A DNA stretch of 64,000 bases from Octopus sinensis (lineage: Eukaryota), in NCBI RefSeq assembly GCF_006345805.1, contig NC_043002.1:3782001-3846000 (forward strand), in the 5' to 3' direction. The notes beneath the pieces are model-generated. The model saw nothing but the letters and a program-made list of their open reading frames with translations, did not search any database and was not told where the DNA came from. This document shows positions 24,731 through 34,719 of this stretch, piece after piece; positions within the stretch are counted from its first letter, which is position 1; each line of letters opens with the position of its first letter. The position numbers were made by a program, and so were the translations under genes.

Positions 24731-25038
24731 GTAAAAAGTAAAATCATTGAGTTTTTTTCACACTTCAAATTTTAAATGTTACAGAATGAACCGGAAATGT
24801 AACAAATAAAAGTTTTCATTATTTCAAAAGAAATATTTATGTGAGAGAGGAACAGGGAGAGACAAAGACAGAGAGGGAGAGAGACAGACAGAGGGGGTGA
24901 GAGAGAGAAAGATAAAGAGGTATATATTACAAGTTCAAATACATGCAAATATATGTACCTAGTTCAAAGTCAGAGTCTAGCGTGAGTCATGATTAATGTT
25001 AGTTGCCATTAAGGTAGCAAATAGTTAAAATGCCAAAA

Positions 25039-25215
25039 GGCACAGATGTGGTTATGTGGTAAGAAGCTTGCTTCCCAACCACATGGTTCTAAGTTCAGTC
25101 CCACTGTGTGGCACCTCAGACAAGTGTCTTCTACTATAGCCTTGGGTTGACCAAAGTCTTCTGAGCAGATTTGGTATATGGAAACTGAAAGAAGCCCATT
25201 GTATGTATATATATA
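25039..25215 (+). mobile_element. SINE family A, 5' half
   Basis: Head and CORE-like body. Confidence 0.8.
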
Positions 25216-25217
25216 TA

Positions 25218-25671
25218 TCATCATCATCATCATCATCATCGTTTAGCGTCCGTTTTCCATGCTAGCATGGGTTGGATGGTTCTACTGGGGTCTGTGAAGC
25301 CAGAAGGCTTCATCAGGCCCAGTCAAATCTGGCAGTGTTTCTATGGCTGGATGCCCTTCCTAACGCCAACCACTCCGTGAGTGTAGTGGGTGCTTTTTAC
25401 GTGCCACCCGCACAGGTGCCAGACAGAGCTGGCAAACGGCCACGAACGGATGGTGCTTTTTATGTGCCACTGGCACGAGGGCTAGGCGAGGCTGGCAACG
25501 GGCACGAACGGATGGTGCTTTTTACGTGCCATCGGCACGAGGCCAGTCGGGGCGGTGCTGGCAACGGTCGCGAAACGGAAGGTTCTCTTACATGCCACCG
25601 GCACTGGTAATACATCTGCAATTTCCATTGATCGATTTCGATTCTGATCCTCACTTGCCTCAACAGGTCTT
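25218..25671 (-). mobile_element. Family C element, long form
   Basis: Begins AAGACCTGTTGAGGCAAG, identical to the RTE 3' UTR at 19198-19215; ends in (GAT)n. Confidence 0.9.
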
Positions 25672-25700
25672 CACACATATATATATATATATATATAATA

Positions 25701-26164
25701 CAGACTGGCCTCGTGCCGGTGGCACGTAAAAAGCACCATCTGTTCGTGGCCGTTGCCAGCGCCGCCCCGACTGGCCTCGTGCCAGTGGAACGTAAAAAGC
25801 GCCATCCGTTTGTGGCCGTTGCCAGCGCCGCCCCGACTGGCCTCGTGTCGGTGGCACATAAAAAGCACCATCCGTCCATGGCCGTTGCCAGCCTTGCCTG
25901 GCCCCCGTGTCGGTGGCACATAAAAAGCACCATCCGATCGTGGCTGTTGCCAGCTTCCTCTGGTCTCCGTGCCGGTGGCACGTAAAAAGCACCCACTACA
26001 CTCATGGAGTGGTTGGCGTTAGGAAGGGCATCCAGCCGTAGAAACATTGCCAGATCAAACTGGGCCTGGTGCAGCCTTCTGGCTTCCCAGACCCCAGTTG
26101 AACCGTCCAACCCATGCTAGCATGGAAAGCGGACGCTAAACGATGATGATGATGATGATGATGA
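25701..26164 (+). mobile_element. Family C element with five tandem 62-66 bp modules
   Basis: CGTGCCGGTGGCACGTAAAAAGCACC-type units start at 25712, 25778, 25844, 25906 and 25968. Confidence 0.9.
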
Positions 26165-26326
26165 GATAAGAAAATGGAGGAACAACTTCATTTCAGTCAT
26201 CAACTTACAGATATTACCATTTCATATTATTTATTAACTATATAGATAGGAACATCCAAATCGAACAAAACAATATACATCAATATGCAAGATAATAATA
26301 CCATAAGAATAATACACATAAAATGG

Positions 26327-26457
26327 TCCTTACAGCTGTTTCAGCCTATAGATAAAAGTATCTCATTCTGCCTATATTAGTCAGATGTATTGAGGTAATA
26401 TGCAGTTAAAAATGAGTTTCTTATATATATATATATATCTCAAGGCCTCGTCAGAGA
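26327..26457 (-). ncRNA. Minimal hammerhead ribozyme motif with a 95-nt stem II loop
   Basis: UCU-CUGACGA-GGCCU..AGGCU-GAAA-CAGCUGUA-AGG: intact core, palindromic ACAGCUGU stem III, GUA triplet. Confidence 0.55.
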
Positions 26458-26514
26458 TTATAAAGTACAATTATAAAAATGTAAATATAAATATGAAACA
26501 AAATACACATACAG

Positions 26515-26675
26515 AGGCGCAATGGCCTAGTGGTTAGGGCAGCGGACTCGCGGTCGCAGGATCGAGGTTTCGATTCTCAGACTGGGCGTTGTGTGTGTTT
26601 ATTGAGCGAAAACACCTAAAAGCTCTACGAGGCTCTGGCAGGGGGTGGTGATCCCTGCTGTACTCTTTCACCACA
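26515..26675 (+). mobile_element. tRNA-headed SINE family E, 5' part
   Basis: TGGCCTAGTGGTT A-box, GTTTCGATTCTC B-box; matches 48737-48885. Confidence 0.8.
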
Positions 26676-26719
26676 ATGGCGGTGCCCCAGCATGGCCACA
26701 GCTCAAGAGCTGAAACTGG

Positions 26720-26753
<34 letters not shown>

Positions 26754-26758
26754 CAAGA

Positions 26759-26806
<48 letters not shown>

Positions 26807-26830
26807 CATAAGTGTATATATATATACACA

Positions 26831-27253
26831 AAAGGCAATGGATGCACCTTATTCCATCCTAAACTGTGCCAAACTTCTGTGTCACAAAGGATGTGCCTGA
26901 ACCCAGAATGCAACCACCACCATCTGAAGGGCACAAAACGATCACAGAATAAATATAAACAGGAACAGAGGAAATCTAGGACAACAACAAGAACAAAATA
27001 CAACCACGTTTCCCTTCCTACAATCAAACAACGTAGACAGAACCATGAAAAAACACCAAATAACGCCAACATGAAATATGTATCCTCTGACCAAGTAGTA
27101 AACCAAACAAGTAACTCTTTTTTACTGACATACCTAGAAAATATGAAGGCCGACCTAAGCCAGGAGATCCAACGAACTATCAGCAACCACCTATGCAAAT
27201 CACAAGGACCACTCACCCATTACCAACTTCCCTTACCTCGACATTCCTGTTAA
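26831..27253 (+). CDS. C-terminal remnant of LINE ORF1 with a CCCH zinc finger
   Basis: Frame open from 26831: KGNGCTLFHPKLCQTSVSQRMCLNPECNHHHLKGT (C-x8-C-x4-C-x3-H). Confidence 0.7.
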   Translation, partial: KGNGCTLFHPKLCQTSVSQRMCLNPECNHHHLKGTKRSQNKYKQEQRKSRTTTRTKYNHVSLPTIKQRRQNHEKTPNNANMKYVSSDQVVNQTSNSFLLTYLENMKADLSQEIQRTISNHLCKSQGPLTHYQLPLPRHSC

Positions 27254-30174
27254 ATGTATGTGGCATCAACCCATCAATTATTGCCCAAAAATGGAAGATC
27301 CCATATATAGAGAGTTGGCTTGCCGAAATGGCACATTGCTTCCCTTTCTTTATCCTTACTGAGACTCACCTGAACAACACCCATATGGACGCAGAGGTGA
27401 AAATAAAAGATTTCACCATTGTTCGTGCGGATCGCACAGATCGAAATAAGGGAGGGACAGCCATCTTTATCCGTGACTCCTTTTCACTTGATGCCAAGGA
27501 CATATTTTCCAATGGCTATTGTGAATCGGTATCACTATACAACAAAGCCAAGGACATAACCATTGTTGGTCTTTACAGGCCTCCCCAGGCACCTCTAAAG
27601 TACTTTGAAGAGTGCCTTAGCAAAGTCAAGTCCTTCCTTCGGAAGTACCACTCCGGAAACATACTAGTGATGGGTGATTTTAACCTCCCTCATGTGAACT
27701 GGCTCACAAATACTCTGAAGTTAGGCAAGTGCTCCACATCAGATAGAGCAGCAGCAGAACTGCTCTTTAATCTGATGGATGAATACTTCCTGACTCAGCT
27801 AGTGCTCGAACCAACGAGGCAGAATAAAACGATCTTGGATCTGGTATTGACCAATCACCCTAGCTACGTTCACAGTATTTCAGTCGAAAAAACTCTCCTC
27901 TCAGACCATGACTTGGTACTCTGCAATTTTAATTCCCGACATATAAAAACCAAACCAGCCAATCCCACTCCATGGCACCCATTTGGCAACATAAACTTCC
28001 ACAAAGCGGACTGGGGAACAATCAGAAAGGATCTGTCTTCCATCGACTGGTCTTTTACTCTCAATTCCCCTCATATTGAGACCACGTGGCAGCACTTTCA
28101 AAACATTGTCACCTATACATGCTCTAAACACGCTCCCACGAAATCTACTAACACAAAGAGAAACCGGCTCCCTAAAAAGAAAAAAACACTCATCAGGCGC
28201 ATCAAAAGACTCAACAAAAAAATCAACCAATTGAAATATTCCCACACACAACATCCACATTCAACAACAATGAAAAGGCTAGAGCTGGAAAAACTTCATC
28301 TGCAGACCAACATGAAAACCTCCATTGAAAATCAAAGAGCTGTGGAGGAACAGTGGGTAATCAAAAACATCAAACAGAAACCAAAAGTGTTCTATTCTTA
28401 TGCAAATAAGCATAGAACCACTGTCTCACCCATTGGGCCATTGATTGATGATAACAGCATTCCCCAACACGATGCTAAAGAAATGGCAGAAATACTGCAG
28501 AAACAATACTGCTCTGTCTTTAGTGTTCCCACTGATATTGATGTAAGGGAAACGAACGAAGTTGACTCCCAACATAAAATCTCAGACATAACCTTCACTA
28601 CCACCGACATCGTAGCAGCAATAAATGAGGTCAAATATTACTCTGCTGTAGGCCCTGATAGATTCCCCACTAGTCTCCTGAAGGAATGTAGACACCAACT
28701 TGCAGTCCCTCTGACCAACCTCTGGAGAAATAAGTTAGACGCAGGTTATATACTGAAACAGTTTCTATCCCAGTCGGTCATCCCGGTTTTCAAACAGGGA
28801 AACAGATCCCTCGCACTCAACTATCGCCCAATCTCACTCACCTCCCACATCATTAAAGTGTTTGAAAGAGTGTTAAGATCAATGATAGCTGACTTCCTGG
28901 AGACCCACAAACTCCTAAATGCAAATCAGCATGGCTTTCGCTGTGGCAGGGACTGTCTAACACAGCTCTTACACCACATTGAAGATGTACTCAAAGCCTT
29001 GGGAACAGGTTCGAACTCTGACGTCATATATCTTGACTTCAGTAAAGTGTTCGACAGGGTAGACCATAATATCCTACTCTCAAAAGTGGCAAATGTTGGA
29101 ATCCGGGGAAAAGTTCTACACTGGATTAAGTATTTCCTGGCGAATAGAACACAACATGTTGTAGTTGATGGAATCCACTCAAGCCCAGCAAAAGTCACCA
29201 GCGCTGTTCCCCAGGGGACTGTTTTGGGTCCGCTACTCTTCATAATTTACATAAACGACCTTTCCAGTGTCGTACAATACTGCAAAGTGAAAATATTTGC
29301 TGATGACACTAAGCTCCAGCAAATTGTCAATGAAGAAGCAGACCGAACTCAACTCCAGTCTGATCTATATGCTGTGAGTCAATGGGCAGACAGAAACAAA
29401 ATGCAACTGAATAAGGGAAAATTTGAGCTGATGCATTTTGGAAGAAATTCCTCACCAAAACAACCATACTCTCTTCCTTCAGGGGAACCGCTCACAGCCT
29501 CTAACAATATCAGAGACCTGGGTGTAATTGTTGATGACGATCTCAGTTGGAGTGCACACATCAACAAGAAGGTCGATATAGCTCGTAGGATGAGTTCCTG
29601 GATCTTAAGAACTTTCCGGTCCAGAGAACAAGGTGTCATCATACCACTTTTTTCCTCCCTTGTACGGCCACACCTTGAATACTGCTGCCCACTGTGGTCT
29701 CCCCATACAAGACAAAACATCTCCAGAATTGAGTCACCCCAGAGGGCACCCACTAAACGAATTGAAGGCATGGCCGCTCTCGATTATTGGGATCGCCTTA
29801 AAGCCTTGAAACTTTACTCCCTCCAGCGTCGCCGTGAGCGGTACATCATTTGTACGATGTGGAGAATATACTGCCAACTTTACCCAAACGACCTTAACAT
29901 TAGCTTCAAGGTTCATCCAAGACTGGGACCACGGGCCATACGTCCCCTGATCAATTCAAGATCACAATACACATGTACACTGCAACATAATTTCTTTTCC
30001 TCAACAGGCCCTGCCCTATTTAACATTGTTCCAAGGGAGATCAAAGAGGAAAAGGATCCCATCAACTTTAAATGGAGTCTGGATAGATTCCTTCAAAGAA
30101 TACCAGATAAGCCACCCATAATTGGATACAACTCACCCAACAAGAACTCACTACTTGAACAAAACTTGCCTTAA
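27193..30174 (+). CDS. LINE ORF2: APE endonuclease plus reverse transcriptase, 993 aa
   Basis: LTETHL, GLYRPP, MGDFNLP, LDLVLTN, SDH (endonuclease); YRPISLTS, QHGFR, YLDFSK.FDRVDH, VPQGTVLGP, FADD, DLGV (RT); no stops. Confidence 0.95.
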   Translation: MQITRTTHPLPTSLTSTFLLNVCGINPSIIAQKWKIPYIESWLAEMAHCFPFFILTETHLNNTHMDAEVKIKDFTIVRADRTDRNKGGTAIFIRDSFSLDAKDIFSNGYCESVSLYNKAKDITIVGLYRPPQAPLKYFEECLSKVKSFLRKYHSGNILVMGDFNLPHVNWLTNTLKLGKCSTSDRAAAELLFNLMDEYFLTQLVLEPTRQNKTILDLVLTNHPSYVHSISVEKTLLSDHDLVLCNFNSRHIKTKPANPTPWHPFGNINFHKADWGTIRKDLSSIDWSFTLNSPHIETTWQHFQNIVTYTCSKHAPTKSTNTKRNRLPKKKKTLIRRIKRLNKKINQLKYSHTQHPHSTTMKRLELEKLHLQTNMKTSIENQRAVEEQWVIKNIKQKPKVFYSYANKHRTTVSPIGPLIDDNSIPQHDAKEMAEILQKQYCSVFSVPTDIDVRETNEVDSQHKISDITFTTTDIVAAINEVKYYSAVGPDRFPTSLLKECRHQLAVPLTNLWRNKLDAGYILKQFLSQSVIPVFKQGNRSLALNYRPISLTSHIIKVFERVLRSMIADFLETHKLLNANQHGFRCGRDCLTQLLHHIEDVLKALGTGSNSDVIYLDFSKVFDRVDHNILLSKVANVGIRGKVLHWIKYFLANRTQHVVVDGIHSSPAKVTSAVPQGTVLGPLLFIIYINDLSSVVQYCKVKIFADDTKLQQIVNEEADRTQLQSDLYAVSQWADRNKMQLNKGKFELMHFGRNSSPKQPYSLPSGEPLTASNNIRDLGVIVDDDLSWSAHINKKVDIARRMSSWILRTFRSREQGVIIPLFSSLVRPHLEYCCPLWSPHTRQNISRIESPQRAPTKRIEGMAALDYWDRLKALKLYSLQRRRERYIICTMWRIYCQLYPNDLNISFKVHPRLGPRAIRPLINSRSQYTCTLQHNFFSSTGPALFNIVPREIKEEKDPINFKWSLDRFLQRIPDKPPIIGYNSPNKNSLLEQNLP

Positions 30175-30271
30175 ACAGGATTCGCATAATCCTATCAGGT
30201 GGTGCTATTAAGTTAGACATGGCCTGGACCAATCTTTGGTCGAAACATATCTAAGTTTATATATATATACA

Positions 30272-30650
30272 CATCATCATCATCATCATCATCATCGTTT
30301 AGCGTCCGTTTTCCATGCTAGCATGGGTTGGACGGTTCTACTGGGGTCTGTGAAGCCAGAAGGCTTCATCAGGCCCAGTCAAATCTGGCAGTGTTTCTAC
30401 GGCTGGATGCCCTTCCTAACGCCAACCACTCCGTGAGTGTAGTGGGTGCTTTTTACGTGCCACCCGCACAGGTGCCAGACAGAGCTGGCAAACGGCCACG
30501 AACGGATGGTGCTTTTTATGTGCCACCGGCGAGGCTGGCAACGGACACGAAACGGGGCGGTGCTGGCAACGGTCACGAAACGGAAGGTTCTCTTACATGC
30601 CACCGGCACTGGTAACACATCTGCAATTTCCATTGATCGATTTCCATTTT
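30272..30650 (-). mobile_element. Family C element, near-identical to 25218-25671
   Basis: Shares diagnostic variants (GCTTCATCAGGCCCAGTCAAATCTGG) and has an internal deletion. Confidence 0.88.
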
Positions 30651-31226
30651 GATCCATACACATATATATAAATATATATATAAAAATATACATACACATA
30701 AGGTTACAGATAATTAATTATATATACTGGAATATACATATACATCCACATCAATGGGTACATATACAATGTTCATTACATTTCCAATATTATTATTATT
30801 ATTATTATTATTATATCAACATTAGATTATATGCATTCTGCTATTCACAATAAATAGTAAATATAATATAATATAATATATAGACAGATGCTTATGAAAG
30901 ATGCAAGCACATTAATTCAACAAACAATGTCTGTATATTCATATATCATACAGTCAAAATCAAAACTTCAGTCTTATTCTGCATACATATATATATATAC
31001 ACAGGTAACAAACTCATGCATATACATACACTAATAACATAAGCATAGCTCGTAACGGCCTATCTCTTACCTGTTGGTCTGTGAACTATTCGTACGTATA
31101 TACATATATCTTTTGTATGATGAAAAGGAAACAAATTCTTTTTTATATGCATTAGTGTATCTTTATGCAGATGTATGCATATGCATGTGTCTGTTCAACA
31201 TCCCCATCAAACTGAACATGCATTCT

Positions 31227-31280
<54 letters not shown>

Positions 31281-31511
31281 TATTATTATTATTATTGAGA
31301 GAACAGGACATGGTAAAAGGGTGGTGCTGGAGTACAAATATAGGTAGCCCACAATCCCCTCATGACTACCCGTCTGATAAGGGTACACCAGACACATGCA
31401 TCATAACCATTTGTGAGGGACACGATGACCTCATATCAAGATAAACAGTGCATGACCTTGCAGGTGGGACCTAGTTAGAATTTTCTTCAGGTTGAGTTAC
31501 CCATCCTGCCA

Positions 31512-31745
31512 GAGATGCACATATCATCAGCCACTAAGGGACATGCTCAACTGGTTAAGGTCAAACAACTGACAGGTGAACCCATGGTATTGAGCAGAAT
31601 ATTTGCTGTAGGCCATCTTTTATACCAACACAAAACAATGTACATGATAACACTTGCAATCAGTTAAGATTGGAAACCATGAGAGCCACTGCCTGGTACT
31701 GCATCGGGGCATTTATTATTATTATTATTATTACTATTATTATTA
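31512..31745 (+). mobile_element. Dispersed repeat family G (LINE-like 3' tail ending CTGGTACTGCATCGGGGCATTT(ATT)n)
   Basis: An inverted homologue lies at 52610-52810. Confidence 0.7.
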
Positions 31746-31747
31746 TT

Positions 31748-31965
31748 GTCAAGGCAGCAAACTGGCAGAATCATTAGCATGTCAGGTGAAATTCTTAGTG
31801 GTATTTCGTCTGTTTTTACATTCTGAGTTCAAATTCTACCAAGGTTGACTTTACTTTTCATTCTTTCGGAGTCGATAAAATAAGTACCAGTTGAGTACTG
31901 GGGTTAGTGTAATCGACTCATCCCCTCCCCAAAAACCCATGCCCTTGTTGAAAAATTTGACACCA
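31748..31965 (+). mobile_element. SINE family B
   Basis: Head GGCAGCAAACTGGCAGAATC, B-box, core. Confidence 0.85.
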
Positions 31966-31974
31966 TTATTATTA

Positions 31975-32234
31975 TTTACATTTGATGGATATTTGTCCTC
32001 ATCTTGTTTGTTGTTAACACAACGTTTCGGCTGATATACCCTCCATACTTCATCAGGTGTCTTGGGGGAAATTTCGAACCTGGGTTCTCATTCCTAAGGT
32101 ATTTTTCAGTGTTGTTGTTATTGTTGTTGCTATTGTTGTTATTGATGTTGTTGTTGTTCAGGTCACTGTTTGGAATCGAACTCGGAGTCTTGGGGTTAGT
32201 AGCCCACACTCTTAATCACTACACCATATGCCCG
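31975..32234 (-). mobile_element. Family F: tRNA-like head, (CAA/AAT)n spacer and hammerhead-bearing tail
   Basis: A-box TGGTGTAGTGAT and B-box GAGTTCGATTCC at 32158-32234; tail 31975-32106 matches 9010-9152. Confidence 0.7.
32016..32061 (-). ncRNA. Minimal hammerhead ribozyme motif (stem II partly decayed)
   Basis: GACAC-CUGAUGA-A-GUAUG..CAGCC-GAAA-CGUU-GUGUU. Confidence 0.55.
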
Positions 32235-32256
32235 TTATTATTGTTGTTGCCATGTG

Positions 32257-32290
<34 letters not shown>

Positions 32291-32414
32291 GGCAGCAGCA
32301 GCAGCTGTGGTGGTGTTGTTGACTGCAGCGCAGTGGCAGTAAGTCAACTGAGGCCTGATTCATCGTCAGCCATTTATTAAACAACAACAACAACAACAAC
32401 AAACACTGTTCCAG

Positions 32415-32442
32415 TTTATTGGGAATTACCTGGGTGGAGGAA
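32415..32442 (+). CDS. Candidate micro-exon (FIGNYLGGG), phase 0-1
   Basis: Donor GAA|GTAAGC is strong; acceptor CTGTTCCAG| has a poor pyrimidine tract. Confidence 0.2.
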
Positions 32443-32999
32443 GTAAGCTATTGGAAGTGTGAATCATAGTGACAAGCTGTCACCCCTATTCAATAGCTTA
32501 GCTAGCGGGTGGGGGTGGGGGTGGGGAGTGGAGGCGGTAGGGGTGACACTTTTGGGTCTGCTGTAGGCAATATGTATTTTTCATGGGGTCCAGGGGGATG
32601 GTGGAAAATGGAAGGGCTGTCCTGGGTGGCACACACTCTAGCTACGCTGTTGCCCCTATTTCATCATTAATTGGTTTATCCCATCTTTTTTTTTATTTAT
32701 TATTCTCTCCACATTTACAACACTTTACACCTGTCTGTCTGTCTCTCAGCCCAACCCCTTATGTTGCTTCACCTATTCTCACCACACCCCAATGTCCCTC
32801 GAGGGCATGTCCCAACACATCTTTACTGTCATCTCTCTTTATCTTATTCCCCAACTCGCCCTCGTCTCCCAACTGGAGTATCCATGTGTCGACCCTACAG
32901 CAAGACATCTATATCTGTCCCCTCTCTAACTGGCACAAAGCCACACCTCCATCAAAATACTAGTCCTCACCCTCCCAGTTGAGGCGTTTCTATACGGCA

Positions 33000-33232
33000 A
33001 GGTATTTGGTGACCCTGTCAGTGCTGTTGCCATGTAAAAAGCACTGGTGCTGGTTGTACATAAAAAAAAACACCCTATAAATTGGTTGGGCATTGGGAAG
33101 GACATCCAGCTGCGGAAACCAAGCCAGAACAGACAATGGAATCTGGTGCAGCCCCTGGTTTTACCAGCTCCTCTCAAACCATCCAACCTATGCCAGCATG
33201 GAAAACAGACGTTAAATCATGATGATGATGAT
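33000..33232 (+). mobile_element. Family C element (diverged)
   Basis: GGAAGGACATCCAG motif and (GAT)n tail. Confidence 0.75.
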
Positions 33233-33398
33233 AACAGACGCATACACACACACACACACACACCACACACACACACACACACACAATATATATATATATA
33301 AATAAGGATAAGATCGTTAATTTAAATTAAATTAAATAACGATCTTATCAAGTGGCCAGCATGGAAATAAAAACCTTCAAAGGTAATAATTGTTATTA

Positions 33399-33654
33399 AA
33401 ATTATAATTTAGGGTATCTACGAGATACCGCCATGCTGAAAATAGCAGCCAAAATCTGACTCTAAAACCACAGCATTTCTAAATGCAAAGTCAGAAATCA
33501 GGGATCTGGAATTATCCAGTAATTTTTTGCTAGTTTTATTTTGTTTTTTTGTCTTCTCTCCTTGTGCTGTATGAACATTTAATGTGGTTTTAGAGTCAGA
33601 TTTTGGCTGCTATTTTCAGCATGGCGGTATCTCATACATACCCTAAATTATAAT
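33399..33654. repeat. Inverted repeat, about 72-bp arms
   Basis: ATTATAATTTAGGGTAT..TAAAACCACA and its reverse complement, about 110-bp spacer. Confidence 0.85.
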
Positions 33655-33671
33655 ATGTATATAATATATAT

Positions 33672-33915
33672 ATATATGTCATTTAGAGATAGAAGTCCCC
33701 ATGCAATTCATCAAACCCTAATATACATCACACCATATCATAGAATTTTATTTTAGTACTTACTATTTCAGTTCCAAATTTCTTTCCTACACGTGTTTCG
33801 ATGTGAAATTTGGAACTGAAATAGTAAGTATTAAAATAAAATTCTATGATGTGGTGTGATGAATATTAGGATTGGATGAATTGCATGGGGACTTCTATCT
33901 CTAAATAACATATAT
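33672..33915. repeat. Inverted repeat, about 110-bp arms, Penelope-type tail sequence
   Basis: The arm sequence also follows the hammerhead motif at 50976-51063; the spacer contains GAAACACGTGTA on the minus strand. Confidence 0.85.
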
Positions 33916-34042
33916 TTCCTGATCAAGAATAATTCAATTTATTTGAACCACTGTGACGCCAGAATTTTTATTCCCTAATTACTATATAAATAATATAATA
34001 TATATATATATAAAATATATACATATATGTGTGTATGTGTAT

Positions 34043-34096
<54 letters not shown>

Positions 34097-34494
34097 ATAA
34101 TATATATATATATACAAGGTGAGATATTCCTCCATTTTCTTATTTTATATATATATATATATACATTGAAAGAAATGAAGCCAACAAGCTTTCCTGGATG
34201 GTTAATGTCAGTGTGCACACACAACTGAGTGTAAACGAAAAATGGACAACAAGGCATTCAGATTTTCTTGGGGTTGGCCAGATTGGAGCAGTCCCGAGTG
34301 TAATCTGGTACTTAACTGAGGATAGGAAGCTCTGAATGACCCATCCTTCTTTCTTCCTGTCCTTTTTTGTATTGTCTAAATGTTCGAATGTTATGTTGTC
34401 ACCTTTTATGTTCTTGTTCCATTTTTTGTTTTCTTTATATCTATCTATCTACCAATCTATCTATCTCTATATATATATATAGAGAGAGAGAGAG

Positions 34495-34685
34495 CATTTG
34501 TGCCGGTGCCATGTAAAAGCACTCAGCACATCCTGTAAAGAGGTTGGCGTTTGGAAGGGCATCCAGCCATAGAAAATCAGACTGGAGCCTGGTGCAGCTC
34601 TCCAGCTTGCCAGCTCTGGTCAAACCGTCCAATCCATGACAGCAAGGACAATAGATGTTAAGTGATGATGATGATGGTGATGATA
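34495..34685 (+). mobile_element. Family C element
   Basis: Core motif and (GAT)n tail. Confidence 0.8.
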
Positions 34686-34719
34686 TATATTTGATGAGAT
34701 ATATATGTATACATACATG

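Larger units (their letters stand above)
26831..30257 (+). mobile_element. CR1-group (CR1/L2/Crack-like) LINE, 5'-truncated, intact ORF2
   Basis: ORF1 remnant plus EN-RT ORF; flanked by the identical 16-mer TATATATATATACACA at 26815-26830 and 30258-30273. Confidence 0.93.

Noticed and set aside
25712-25993. CRISPR-like repeat-spacer array
   Set aside because: Eukaryotic context, no cas genes, spacers homologous to each other; it lies inside a retroelement UTR.
30213-30257. Hammerhead at the LINE 3' end (GACCAA-TCT-TTGGTC-GAAAC)
   Set aside because: Stem-loop and GAAA are present, but there is no CUGANGA core or NUH site; better explained as the usual CR1/L2 3' stem-loop.
32158-32234. tRNA gene (likewise the heads of families A, B, D and E)
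   Set aside because: A/B boxes are present, but the acceptor and anticodon stems do not pair and each head continues into a repeat body; these are SINE heads.
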